Source: Patescibacteria group bacterium
GTDB taxonomy: Bacteria; Patescibacteriota; Microgenomatia; UBA8517
DNA length: 64,000 bases
Assembly: GCA_026416845.1 (NCBI GenBank)
Contig: JAOAEL010000001.1
Location: 117,940 to 181,939, forward strand
Direction of reading: 5' to 3'
Shown here: positions 1 through 9,660 of the stretch, piece by piece
How positions within the stretch are numbered: position 1 is the first letter of the stretch
Layout of the letters: every line of letters starts with the position of its first letter
The notes under the pieces: model-generated
Seen by the model: the letters and a program-made list of their open reading frames with translations, nothing else
Told to the model about the DNA's origin: nothing
Database searches by the model: none
Translations under genes and position numbers: made by a program

Positions 1-214
1 AAACATCTTTATCCAATCTCTTAAAAAAATTTTCAATTTCACTTTGACTTGACACATCAAGTTTTTGATAAAAAACTTCTGATTTTTTCTCTTTTGGCTT
101 AGTTTTGTTGTAAGTGGCTATAATTTGCAGTCTTTCTTGCAAAAGCAAATCAATCAAAGCCAATCCTAAAGGACTAGTACCTCCAAAAATTACAACTTTT
201 TTATTTTTGCGCAT
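1..214 (-). CDS. SDR-family NAD(P)-dependent oxidoreductase, N-terminal part (runs off window)
   Basis: Not in ORF track. Manual translation from ATG 214: MRKNKKVVIFGGTSPLGLALIDLLLQERLQIIATYNKT...LDVSSQSEIENFF, a Rossmann GGTSxLG motif plus the SDR LDVS motif; overlaps the upstream GT4 stop. Confidence 0.75.
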   Translation of the reverse strand, partial: MRKNKKVVIFGGTSPLGLALIDLLLQERLQIIATYNKTKPKEKKSEVFYQKLDVSSQSEIENFFKRLDKDV

Positions 215-1331
215 AAATTTTTTCAATTAAACTTAAGCTTTTCTTTTTTGCATCTTCCCATGAATACCTGCGAGAAAACAACAAACAAAATTTAACCATC
301 TTTTCATAATTTTTGTCAGACACAAGTGACATAATATACTTCCAAAGATTCTTTCTATCTTTAATATCAACTAAAACTCCCGACTTGCCGTTAACAATCG
401 AATCGCTACAACCTGACACACTATACGCAACAACCGGAGTGCCAGCGGCGGCCGCTTCAATATTTACAAGTCCCCATCCCTCACGAACAGATGGGTTTAC
501 CATAACATGAGCGCGCGACAAAAGATCAAATTTCTTGTGATCGTTAACATACCCAAAATATGTTGTGTTTTTCCCTATATTCAAAACCTTGATTCGCTTT
601 TTTAAATTATCTTTCATTTCAGGCGAAGCCCTGCCAACAATCCAAAATTGCCAATTCGCATCTCTAATATTTATCTCACCAAAAGCTTCCAAAGCATCAA
701 ATATACCTTTATCATAACTTATTGCTCCCAAAAATATAGCCGTTTTTCTCTTTTCCTTAGGAGGAAGCTTTTTTGGAATTTCATCTAGGTTTAAACCATT
801 ATTTATCACAGTAATATTTTTAGAAGGAATGCCACAATTTATTAAATCTTTTCTTGTTGATTCAGAAACCGTCATAAAAGCAATATTTCGATAAAAAAAT
901 TTAAAAATAAAAGGTTCCAAGTAATACCCCAAGAAACCAACTATTTTGTTAAATGGCCATTTCCACTCATTGAGCCACCAAACATCGCGAGCAACTTCGT
1001 GTATAAAAGCAAGCTTTTTGACTTTTACATATAAAGGAGTGAAAAAGGGAATTCCATGAAATTGGTCCACAACTAGATCATAATTTTGATGATTGCCAAA
1101 TATATACCAGAAAAAAGCCGATAAATGCACACCGCCCACACAACTGCCTTTTCTTATTATTTGCACTTGATCTATGAACTCTTCGCGTTTAGCTTTATTA
1201 AAATAAGAGCTAAACCAAGTAACACTATGCCCTTTTGATATCCATCCTTTTGCATGTTCCAACGTAACTTTTTCCGCTCCACCAGCATTGGGATGTTTAG
1301 GATCACGCCAGTTAAGAATCAGTATGTTCAT
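201..1331 (-). CDS. GT4 glycosyltransferase
   Basis: NWRD...AGGAE N-terminus; SVREGWGLVNIEAAAAGTPVV GT4 EX7E motif. Confidence 0.9.
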   Translation of the reverse strand: MNILILNWRDPKHPNAGGAEKVTLEHAKGWISKGHSVTWFSSYFNKAKREEFIDQVQIIRKGSCVGGVHLSAFFWYIFGNHQNYDLVVDQFHGIPFFTPLYVKVKKLAFIHEVARDVWWLNEWKWPFNKIVGFLGYYLEPFIFKFFYRNIAFMTVSESTRKDLINCGIPSKNITVINNGLNLDEIPKKLPPKEKRKTAIFLGAISYDKGIFDALEAFGEINIRDANWQFWIVGRASPEMKDNLKKRIKVLNIGKNTTYFGYVNDHKKFDLLSRAHVMVNPSVREGWGLVNIEAAAAGTPVVAYSVSGCSDSIVNGKSGVLVDIKDRKNLWKYIMSLVSDKNYEKMVKFCLLFSRRYSWEDAKKKSLSLIEKIYAQK

Positions 1332-1391
1332 ATATCTTTGGGAAAAATCTAAAAATTACCAATTTGCAACGAAAACTTGATAAAGAAATTG

Positions 1392-2189
1392 CTAAATTGA
1401 CAAATATCTGGGAGTAATCCAATTTTTTCTATTTGAATCATCATAATAACGAATTATTTTCAACCTGTAAAAAACGGCCAAAGTATCCCAAATCATTTTC
1501 AAAACTGTTCTCCAAAACCCTTTGCTAACTATAGTGGAAGTGCCAAACTCCATTTTAAGCTCAACTGGGCCTTCATAAATTTTTCTATAACCTAAAAAAT
1601 GCGAAACAGACAGCAACTCTATATCAAAGGCAAACTCTTTTACTAAAACTCTTGGCAAAACTCTTTTTAACACCTCTCGCTTAAAAAATTTCATTCCAAC
1701 TTGAGTATCTTTGACATCTAATCCAAACAAAACTCTGACAAACATTTGATAACCAAAAGAAAGTATTCTCCTTTGCCAAGGATAAACAACTTTGCTTGCC
1801 TGGTGTCTTTTTGAACCAATTAGAATGTCAGCGTCATACCACTCAAAATGCTCAAGCAAAAGCGGTAAACCATAAGGGTTAAGATCCTTGCCAGCATCTA
1901 TAAATCCGATTATGTCTCCTTTGGCATTTGCCATTCCATAACGCACCGCATGCCCTTTCCCTAAGTTTTTTTCATAACTTAAAACCTTAACAATTCCAGG
2001 AAATTTTTTTTCAAGTTTTTTGGCTTCTTGTTCCGTTTTGTCCAAAACTCCATCTACAACACAAATAATTTCATAATTGTATCTAATTCTGTCTAAAACA
2101 TTTTTAAGAATTAACAAATTTTCCTTGATTGTTTTCTCAGCTTTATAAGCTGGTACGACAATAGAAACAAATCTTCTGCTACTTTTCAT
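1392..2189 (-). CDS. GT2 polyprenol-phosphate glycosyltransferase (DPM/ALG5-like)
   Basis: VVPAY, VVDG, NLGKGHAVRYG, FIDAG, IGSKRH, DTQVGMK, FAFDIE motifs; start reassigned to ATG 2189 to avoid a long overlap. Confidence 0.85.
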   Translation of the reverse strand: MKSSRRFVSIVVPAYKAEKTIKENLLILKNVLDRIRYNYEIICVVDGVLDKTEQEAKKLEKKFPGIVKVLSYEKNLGKGHAVRYGMANAKGDIIGFIDAGKDLNPYGLPLLLEHFEWYDADILIGSKRHQASKVVYPWQRRILSFGYQMFVRVLFGLDVKDTQVGMKFFKREVLKRVLPRVLVKEFAFDIELLSVSHFLGYRKIYEGPVELKMEFGTSTIVSKGFWRTVLKMIWDTLAVFYRLKIIRYYDDSNRKNWITPRYLSI

Positions 2190-2190
2190 T

Positions 2191-3477
2191 TTAGAGAAAT
2201 TTATATTTCTTAAGCAAAAAATACAAAACAAATCCAAACGTCATGACACACACACTTATAGTAGACATTACAACTATTTGCAAAATTGATTCATTATACA
2301 ATCGAATTAGAATGTACTGCACAAATGCGGCAATAAGGGGAATTACGACAACTTTTGTATCATCACGAGACAAAAAATAATTTAGCATTAAAGCGCCAAT
2401 TGTATAAACACTTATAAAAATTCCAAATAAATATAGTTGATTAGCCGCAATTAAATATTTATCTCCATATAAAATATTTATAACAAGCTTTGGAAAAAGA
2501 AAATAAATAAATGTAACACCCAAACAAACCAAAACTGTCATGGACATGCTTATCAAAAATATGTCGTTTGAATTTTTTCTCTCTGAATATTTTTTCGCAA
2601 TTAAAGGAAACATTACACTTGCAATTGGAGCAGTTCCAAAAAATATTATCTTTCCCAAAGTAGATAAAGCAGCATAAATTCCAGCGTCAAAAGAGCTCAA
2701 ATGATGTTTTGCCAATAAAACATCTGTTGATATCAATGAATTTACAGAAAAAGTAGAAAAAAGGGTAGGTATAGCATATTTAAAAATTGACAGCTTGTTT
2801 TTTAGTTTGATTTTAAATTTTAAAACTAAAATATTTCTCAAATAATACAACATTACCATTATCTCCAAAACCAACGCTATCAAAAATCCAACCAACGCTC
2901 CTGCCACCTCCCAACCTAAATAAACAGCAATCACGCCAAGTGCTAATCTTGTTATTATCTGGACATTTGTCGAAAGCACATTTGGCAAAAACATTAAAAG
3001 ACCTTGCAATATTGATTTCAAAGCCATTGATACTATAAATAAACCGACAATTGGAGCTACAACATACATAATGCTTTGATGAATATGAAAAAATTTGGAG
3101 GTAAAAGGAGCAAGTGCAACAAGCAAAACGGCAATTCCAACACCTATGAAAATGCTTGCAAGTGAAAACCAGCTAATCACAGCTTTTTGCGCTTGCGCTT
3201 TTGAGGATGAAATAAATTTGACAACAACAATAGAAAGAAAAGACAAAGAAGTTATAACAAGCGAGATAAAAGTTATTGTAGTTGCCAACTCTCCATATTG
3301 ATTAGGATCAAGCATTCTTCCTATTACAAAGTGATATATTGACGCAAAAAAATTAGCAACATTAGAACCAAAAACCATAATCGCGCTACCAGCAAACACC
3401 GGATGAGAAACCGCATCTTTGAAAGAAACAGGCTTGCCAAAAAAACTAAATTTGAAGCTTGAAATTTTCTGCCACAT
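2191..3477 (-). CDS. Wzx/MOP-family polysaccharide flippase
   Basis: About 12 hydrophobic helices; GRMLDPNQYG and DVLLAKHHLSSFDAGIYAA motifs typical of Wzx-like flippases. Confidence 0.85.
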   Translation of the reverse strand: MWQKISSFKFSFFGKPVSFKDAVSHPVFAGSAIMVFGSNVANFFASIYHFVIGRMLDPNQYGELATTITFISLVITSLSFLSIVVVKFISSSKAQAQKAVISWFSLASIFIGVGIAVLLVALAPFTSKFFHIHQSIMYVVAPIVGLFIVSMALKSILQGLLMFLPNVLSTNVQIITRLALGVIAVYLGWEVAGALVGFLIALVLEIMVMLYYLRNILVLKFKIKLKNKLSIFKYAIPTLFSTFSVNSLISTDVLLAKHHLSSFDAGIYAALSTLGKIIFFGTAPIASVMFPLIAKKYSERKNSNDIFLISMSMTVLVCLGVTFIYFLFPKLVINILYGDKYLIAANQLYLFGIFISVYTIGALMLNYFLSRDDTKVVVIPLIAAFVQYILIRLYNESILQIVVMSTISVCVMTFGFVLYFLLKKYKFL

Positions 3478-4614
3478 TTAAGATATCCAATAACCTCTTG
3501 TAAAAAGCATCACTGTAAGACCTAAAATTGCAAAAAACGAAATAAACATTACATAAACTATACTTTTATTAACTTTGGAAAAATAAGTTGAATAAACAAT
3601 AAAAACCGGAAACGCAGTCAGAACATACCTTGGCAAAGATGAAAAACTTCCCGAGAAAGTCGATAATACAAAAATTAATGCCGAATAAAAAGCGTAAACA
3701 AACTTTTTCTGGATAAATAAAAGAACAATGCCAAAAATAAAAAATATTGCGCTAAACAACTCCAGAAAAACAGTATAAACAAAAGGTAAATAATTTAAAT
3801 CCAAATTTGGTATTATCTTAAAAAAATATCTATAAAGAATCTGCGGGAATAAAATAAAAGTGCCGGCTCTTTGCTCGCCAAAAACTTCTCCCAAATTTTT
3901 GGCAAACAAAAACGGATCTCCAAAATATAAAAACAAATATGCCATATAAACAAACAATCCCAAAGGCGCGATAAACAAACCAAAAAGAAATCTAGCATTA
4001 AATCTTTGTTTTGATAAAAGAAATTCAACCAGCAAAACCGGTATTAATGCTATTCCAGTTATTCTTGTTGCTGTTGACAAGGCACAGAAAATTCCAGCTA
4101 GAAACCACCTTTTTTTCCTAATAAAATAAAATGCCCAAACGGAAAACAACAAAAAAAGAGATTCCGTATAAAAGCTTGCAAAATAAAAAGAGGTTGGAAA
4201 AAGCAAAATAAAAAACAAAAATAACAATTGGTTTACATTTCTGAAATCCAATTTAATTATTTTTATTATCCCATACAAAGCAAAAATCAAAGAAAAATAG
4301 GAAACAAAAAGTCCGATATAAGCCAAATTCTCAAATCTATCACCTGTTAAATTATTCAAAAAAGAAATAATGAAAGGATATAAAGGAAAGAAAAAATGCT
4401 TTAGATTTTGATAGCCATTAGAAGCAATTGACAGGTAATGTTCCCCATCAAAATTAAGCCAAGCATAAGGGTATGGGTTATTTAAGTAATTAGATATTCC
4501 TCCACCCAAAAAATCATACCGCAAAGCAAAAATAAAAATGCCAAAAAACAAAAACATGTTGATAGCAAATAACCACAAAAAAACAATAAAAAATATTTTC
4601 AGAAACATAATCAT
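3478..4614 (-). CDS. GT-C membrane glycosyltransferase, PIG-V/mannosyltransferase-like
   Basis: NFDGEHYLSIASNGY, FFPLYP, FYTESLFL, TRITG, SLPRY motifs; polytopic. Confidence 0.8.
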   Translation of the reverse strand: MIMFLKIFFIVFLWLFAINMFLFFGIFIFALRYDFLGGGISNYLNNPYPYAWLNFDGEHYLSIASNGYQNLKHFFFPLYPFIISFLNNLTGDRFENLAYIGLFVSYFSLIFALYGIIKIIKLDFRNVNQLLFLFFILLFPTSFYFASFYTESLFLLFSVWAFYFIRKKRWFLAGIFCALSTATRITGIALIPVLLVEFLLSKQRFNARFLFGLFIAPLGLFVYMAYLFLYFGDPFLFAKNLGEVFGEQRAGTFILFPQILYRYFFKIIPNLDLNYLPFVYTVFLELFSAIFFIFGIVLLFIQKKFVYAFYSALIFVLSTFSGSFSSLPRYVLTAFPVFIVYSTYFSKVNKSIVYVMFISFFAILGLTVMLFTRGYWIS

Positions 4615-5726
4615 TTTTGGATCAAGTTGTACACTTTGAGAGTGTCAAGCGCTGTTTTCCCCCAAGAATATTTTTTGGATATTTTTAAGCCTTCTTTGAT
4701 CATATTTGAACGAAGCAATGAATTGCAAAGAACTTCAGAGAGCTTACTCACAAGATCATCCACGTCATGTGGATCAAAATAAACAGCTGACTTACCGGCA
4801 ACTTCCACAAGCGCTTGAGTTTTGGCGCAGACCACAGGAGTGCCAACCGACATAGCTTCTGCAACAGGCATTCCAAAACCTTCATAATAAGAAGGTTGAC
4901 AATAAACAGTCGCTAGATTGTATATGCAATTTAGCATTTTGTCCTCCACATATCCTAATCTATAAACATTTTTGCTTTTAGAAAATTCTTCAATAAGATT
5001 CTTCAAATGAGCAATCTCGGGATGGTAGGTATTAAAAACTCTACGCAAGTGATCTCTAAAACCTTTGATACTTCCATAAATCGCCTGCTTGTCAACTTCA
5101 GCCGCGGCTTTTCCGCATATAACAAGCGGCATATCAATTTTTTGGCAAGCTTTAACCAATGAAACTAAATTTTTGTTGTAATTAACATCGCCAACATATA
5201 AAACAAAACGCGCGGGCAAGTTTAATTTCTTTCTTATTTTAGGCAACTCTAATTTGGATATCTTTTTAATAAAAGATCTACAAGATAAATGGGTAACATG
5301 AACTTTTTGAGGATCAATATCTGTAAATCGTATAATATCCTTTTTCGTAGTTTCTGAATTTGCAATAATCGCTTTAGCTTTCTTTAGAATCTTTTTTTGA
5401 ATTTGCCAATTAATATTTCCTCTTATTCCTCCCGGATAATTCCTAGGGTATATCAAAGGAATCATATCATGAATAGTTACCACAGAATTTTCCGGAAGTC
5501 TAAAAGGCAGTGACCTTTCAAAAATACTAAACGCCGTAAAATGAACCACATCATAATCAGTGAAAATCAACCTCGAATTTCTTGAAAAATCAAAGGCATT
5601 GACATTTAAATTGTAAGCTTTCGATTGCAATTTTTTTAAGTTGTTTATCAGCTCTTTGGCATAAGTCCCAACACCTCTAACGCTATGTCCAGATAAAGTC
5701 GGTCCAGAATCAATTGCGACTCTCAT
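4611..5726 (-). CDS. GT4 glycosyltransferase
   Basis: RVAID...RGVGTY, VTIHDMIP, SYYEGFGMPVAEAM; ATG 5726 preferred over TTG 5744. Confidence 0.9.
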   Translation of the reverse strand: MRVAIDSGPTLSGHSVRGVGTYAKELINNLKKLQSKAYNLNVNAFDFSRNSRLIFTDYDVVHFTAFSIFERSLPFRLPENSVVTIHDMIPLIYPRNYPGGIRGNINWQIQKKILKKAKAIIANSETTKKDIIRFTDIDPQKVHVTHLSCRSFIKKISKLELPKIRKKLNLPARFVLYVGDVNYNKNLVSLVKACQKIDMPLVICGKAAAEVDKQAIYGSIKGFRDHLRRVFNTYHPEIAHLKNLIEEFSKSKNVYRLGYVEDKMLNCIYNLATVYCQPSYYEGFGMPVAEAMSVGTPVVCAKTQALVEVAGKSAVYFDPHDVDDLVSKLSEVLCNSLLRSNMIKEGLKISKKYSWGKTALDTLKVYNLIQK

Positions 5727-5740
5727 AAGAAAAAAATCAT

Positions 5741-6652
5741 TCAAAATTTTTTCAACTCAAGATCCTTTTTCACTTCTGAATAATATTTAAAATACGCAAT
5801 GGGAAAATGCAAAGCTGAAAAGAAAGACCATATAAATCCTCTCATACCATCCCTAAACCCCAAATGTCTAAAATACAATTTCACAAAAAACAAAGTTGGC
5901 TTAACAAAAGAATAATATAACAAGTTCCACAAGCTGACACTAACATTTTGCGACTTAAATTTCATCGCAGTCAAATCTGTGTATCTGTTTGCGCGATACA
6001 AATACCTTTCAAAAGTTGGAGAATCATAATGCAAAAGGTCAAAATAACACCAACTTACCCTGCCATTTACCTTCATTTGTTCATGAACTGATTCTCCGGG
6101 CAAATAAGCCTTGCCTTTTTTAAACAATCTAATCACACCATCAGGATAGACACCAGCATAAGTAATAGGTTTACCTAAAAATATGTTTTTTCTTGGCAAA
6201 TAATAGGCAACAACCTCGCCATCAGAATCGCGTCTCCCGTCTCGTTTGTTAATATTTTCCTGATGTTGGTAAAACAAACGGTCTTTATATTTTTTCAACT
6301 TTGAATTAATGTGTTTTGCAATAAACTGATCATGTTTGCCATCCAAAATACTTTTAATCTCCCACGCCAACTCTTCAGAGACACACTCATCAGCGTCAAG
6401 TTGCAAAATCCAATCTCCACAAGCCTTTTTGTTTGCTTTTTCTTTGGTTATATGAAAGATAGGTTCATGATCAGTATCAAAAACTTTTGCGCCAAAAGAT
6501 TTTGCTATTTTAACTGTATCATCGTTGGAATGTTCATCGAAAATCACTATCTCATCAGCAATATCTTTGACAGAATTAAGGCATCTTGCAATATTTGCTT
6601 CCTCGTTTTTGGTAGCCAAAGTCACAGAGAGCTTAGTTTTTCTTTTTCCCAT
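5741..6652 (-). CDS. GT2 glycosyltransferase (KdtX/WaaE-like beta-glycosyltransferase)
   Basis: TKNEEANIARCL, LQLDADE, YPDGVIRLFK, VHE motifs. Confidence 0.85.
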   Translation of the reverse strand: MGKRKTKLSVTLATKNEEANIARCLNSVKDIADEIVIFDEHSNDDTVKIAKSFGAKVFDTDHEPIFHITKEKANKKACGDWILQLDADECVSEELAWEIKSILDGKHDQFIAKHINSKLKKYKDRLFYQHQENINKRDGRRDSDGEVVAYYLPRKNIFLGKPITYAGVYPDGVIRLFKKGKAYLPGESVHEQMKVNGRVSWCYFDLLHYDSPTFERYLYRANRYTDLTAMKFKSQNVSVSLWNLLYYSFVKPTLFFVKLYFRHLGFRDGMRGFIWSFFSALHFPIAYFKYYSEVKKDLELKKF

Positions 6653-7928
6653 TTTTTAGTATGAGCCTTGCAACTTTTATACCTAATTCTATCGCATAAT
6701 TAGTGCCTCTGTCGTATGGATAAACCTGTTGCATATTGCACAAATAAACTCCGGCAATCGGAGTTTCAAACGAAGGAATAAATTTAGAATAATTAACAGA
6801 AACAATAGGCTGAGCAAATTTTGCTTTAAAAACATATGCCTTTTTTATCCAACTCTTTGAAAAACCTTGATTTATCTTTTTCAAATGCGGCAAAAATTCG
6901 GCTATTAATTCCTCGGCCGATTTATTAAAATAAACATGATCATCCGGTAAATAATTGCCTATATAAACAATATGTTCATTGCCATAATTTTTTTTGTCCA
7001 TAAAGTTGGTGTGTTGCACAATCGCCAGAAAAGGCATTGATAAATCGTTTATATTTAACCAATAAGTATTATCTTCCAAAAAAGACTTGTTTAGTCTTAA
7101 AACAAGATTAATAGCCCCCAAACTTCTTGACTTTGTGAATTTCTTTACATATGAACTTGGCAATCCTTCAACAATTTTAACAAAATAAGCATTTGGTAAA
7201 GTACAAACAACTTTATCAAACACATAAGATGAGCCGTCTGAAGTTTCTAAAATCAAGCCTCTTTCTCGTTTTTTTATTTGAATCACCTTACTTTTATAAT
7301 TAATTGAGACTTCATACTTTTGTGTCATATGTTTTTGCAAATTGTAAGCAAAATTCAAAAAGCCTCCTTCTGGATACCCTAAACTGGCGCTTCTTTTATG
7401 AATTCTCGCCCAAAACCAAGTAGCTGAAATCAATTTTGCATAGTTGCCAAATTTTCCAATAAAAAGTGGACCCCACAAAACATTCCAAGAATTAATTCCG
7501 GCAGTTTGCACAATAAAATCATATGCTGTTCTTCCTTCTAAATTCCTCCAGAATGGAGAAAGCTTAAGATAAGAAAGCATAAAGGCAGTCTTTACTCGGT
7601 CAAGCAAAGGTAATTGGTTAAACCGCATCAAAGTAAACGGCGAATCTATTTGATAAATTTTCCCATTGTAATAAGTCGAGGTTTTAGGCCTTATAAAAAA
7701 AACCCGATGCCCTATATCTTGAGCTAAATTAAGCGCAGCGTTATCAGACCTAAACCAATGATGATAATGATATTCAAGCGTCCAGTTCCAATTTTTCTCT
7801 TTAAAACCAAGTGCCAAACCACCCGGCTTGTCTTCTGCTTCAAATACAACCACTTCAACACCATTTTTAGCCAATTCGTAAGCGCAAGCCAACCCGCCAA
7901 AACCAGCACCAATGATCGCAACTTTCAT
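6633..7928 (-). CDS. FAD-dependent oxidoreductase (amine oxidase/protoporphyrinogen oxidase-like fold)
   Basis: GAGFGGL Rossmann motif, GGLA, EYHYHHWF, LGYPEGG, C-terminal YPYDRGTNYAI. Confidence 0.85.
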   Translation of the reverse strand: MKVAIIGAGFGGLACAYELAKNGVEVVVFEAEDKPGGLALGFKEKNWNWTLEYHYHHWFRSDNAALNLAQDIGHRVFFIRPKTSTYYNGKIYQIDSPFTLMRFNQLPLLDRVKTAFMLSYLKLSPFWRNLEGRTAYDFIVQTAGINSWNVLWGPLFIGKFGNYAKLISATWFWARIHKRSASLGYPEGGFLNFAYNLQKHMTQKYEVSINYKSKVIQIKKRERGLILETSDGSSYVFDKVVCTLPNAYFVKIVEGLPSSYVKKFTKSRSLGAINLVLRLNKSFLEDNTYWLNINDLSMPFLAIVQHTNFMDKKNYGNEHIVYIGNYLPDDHVYFNKSAEELIAEFLPHLKKINQGFSKSWIKKAYVFKAKFAQPIVSVNYSKFIPSFETPIAGVYLCNMQQVYPYDRGTNYAIELGIKVARLILKNGKKKN

Positions 7929-7955
7929 TTTAGATTCAGGTAAAAAAATAACTGC

Positions 7956-9650
7956 CTAATTTGCCACAACTAAAAAATACAAAAAATTGTTTGAACCATA
8001 AATTCTTTTTATTATGTTAGCTTCGGAAGGAATTTCCTTAGGACTGCCAATGATAATACTATCAGGATATTCTAAAGCAGTTTTATAAAAATCAATTGGT
8101 TCAAAGATAAAACGATCAAAAGCAGAAACAGTGGAAAACCCAAAATTATCTCTTGGAGTAAGATCGTGATTATTTTGAAAAACATATGGATCATACTTTA
8201 AGTAAAACAAAAATAAAATATAAGGCTGGTCGTAAAAATTTGTAATAACTATTTTTTTGTCTTTGTGATTTTCTCTTAAATAATCAACCAGTTCTTTTAC
8301 CCCATATTGAGAAGAATAAGGATATTCATAAGACATATGTTTATAATACATGTGCAAATAACGAAACAGGCTCCAACACAAAACACAAATCAGAAGCAAA
8401 CAACCAAAACCAAAGTAAATTTTGTTCTTATTCTCATAAATCCAATTGACTATTGAATAAAATCCTATAGAACTAATTATCGTTAAAGGCACAACCATAT
8501 TTTGTGCTCTTAAAGCATGAGGGGATTGAAATGTAAGTGCGGCCGCAAAAGGAGAAACGACAAGCCAACATAAAATAATCCCTAGATTTTTGTTACGAGA
8601 AAGACTAAAGATTGATTTGGCGTTAACTATTTGCAAAAGACCAATAATAATAAACAAAAGCTCAAATCCATACAACAAACCAGTCTCGGGAACCTTGTTT
8701 CTTTGTATATCATCTCCTGACAAAAACAAAAACTCTCCATGAAAATGATCAACATAATTTTGCAGAAAAGCCAAAAAATAATTCACATACTTATTGTGAA
8801 AACTCATTGCCCAAAAACTATTTGGGTGAAAATGTTCTCCTCTTTGTTCGTTAACTCTTGCTATTGGACCCGGATCAGCAAAGATTCCAACACCAGAAGC
8901 TCTGGAAATTCCGGCAGGACCAAAAAAATCAATTATTAAAGGAATCAGCAAAAACACTGACAAAGCAAAAGGAAATATCAGTTTTTTCCAATAAAGCATT
9001 AATATTTTTCTAAAAAAAATTGCCAAACCAAAAACCAAAAGAGGGACTATCACCCTTGAGGCATGATAGGTGTACAAAGACAAAACAAAACAAATGAGAG
9101 AAAATAACAAAAATTTAAATCTAAACAAGTTTGCGTCATTAAATTCTTTCTTCATGTAAACCAAGAAGAAGTAAACACCAAGAATAATAAAAAAAGTGGC
9201 GACATTGACTTCCCAAGCGCCACGCGAAAAATGAATATGCCAAGGAGAAATAGCAAGCAAAAAAGCGGACAGTTCTGGAAGCGAAAACTGAAAATTCAAA
9301 ATTGAAAATTTTCTGCAATTGGGAAATGATACATGAATCAACCAATACAAAATTATCACCGTGCCAACACCCGCCAAAGCTCCCGGAATTCTTACCGCCC
9401 ATTCATTTAACCCAAACAACCAAACAAATGGAATTGCCAAATACACATAAAAACCTGGTTTATAATCATTAAATGATTGAAAATGAATAGGAAATGGATT
9501 TGCGTGTTCGTCTTTGCCAGTTTTAATTAAAGAATAAGCGTTATAGCCAAGAGCCGCTTCATCCGCGTTCAACGCCGGATATCCACCTAGATTCCAAAAA
9601 CGCAATGTAAAAGCTATAAAAATTATCAAAAAAAATAAACTTTTTTTCAT
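7956..9650 (-). CDS. GT-C ArnT/PMT-like glycosyltransferase, subfamily A copy
   Basis: DEAALGYNAYSLIKTGKDE, DYKP, GLNEWAVRIP, SPWHIHFSR motifs; many TM helices and a C-terminal extracellular domain. Confidence 0.85.
   Translation of the reverse strand: MKKSLFFLIIFIAFTLRFWNLGGYPALNADEAALGYNAYSLIKTGKDEHANPFPIHFQSFNDYKPGFYVYLAIPFVWLFGLNEWAVRIPGALAGVGTVIILYWLIHVSFPNCRKFSILNFQFSLPELSAFLLAISPWHIHFSRGAWEVNVATFFIILGVYFFLVYMKKEFNDANLFRFKFLLFSLICFVLSLYTYHASRVIVPLLVFGLAIFFRKILMLYWKKLIFPFALSVFLLIPLIIDFFGPAGISRASGVGIFADPGPIARVNEQRGEHFHPNSFWAMSFHNKYVNYFLAFLQNYVDHFHGEFLFLSGDDIQRNKVPETGLLYGFELLFIIIGLLQIVNAKSIFSLSRNKNLGIILCWLVVSPFAAALTFQSPHALRAQNMVVPLTIISSIGFYSIVNWIYENKNKIYFGFGCLLLICVLCWSLFRYLHMYYKHMSYEYPYSSQYGVKELVDYLRENHKDKKIVITNFYDQPYILFLFYLKYDPYVFQNNHDLTPRDNFGFSTVSAFDRFIFEPIDFYKTALEYPDSIIIGSPKEIPSEANIIKRIYGSNNFLYFLVVAN
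9532..9563. repeat. 32-bp exact direct repeat, copy 1 (encodes DEAALGYNAYS)
   Basis: gaataagcgttatagccaagagccgcttcatc, identical to 11240-11271. Confidence 0.9.
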
Positions 9651-9660
9651 CTTCTTATGC

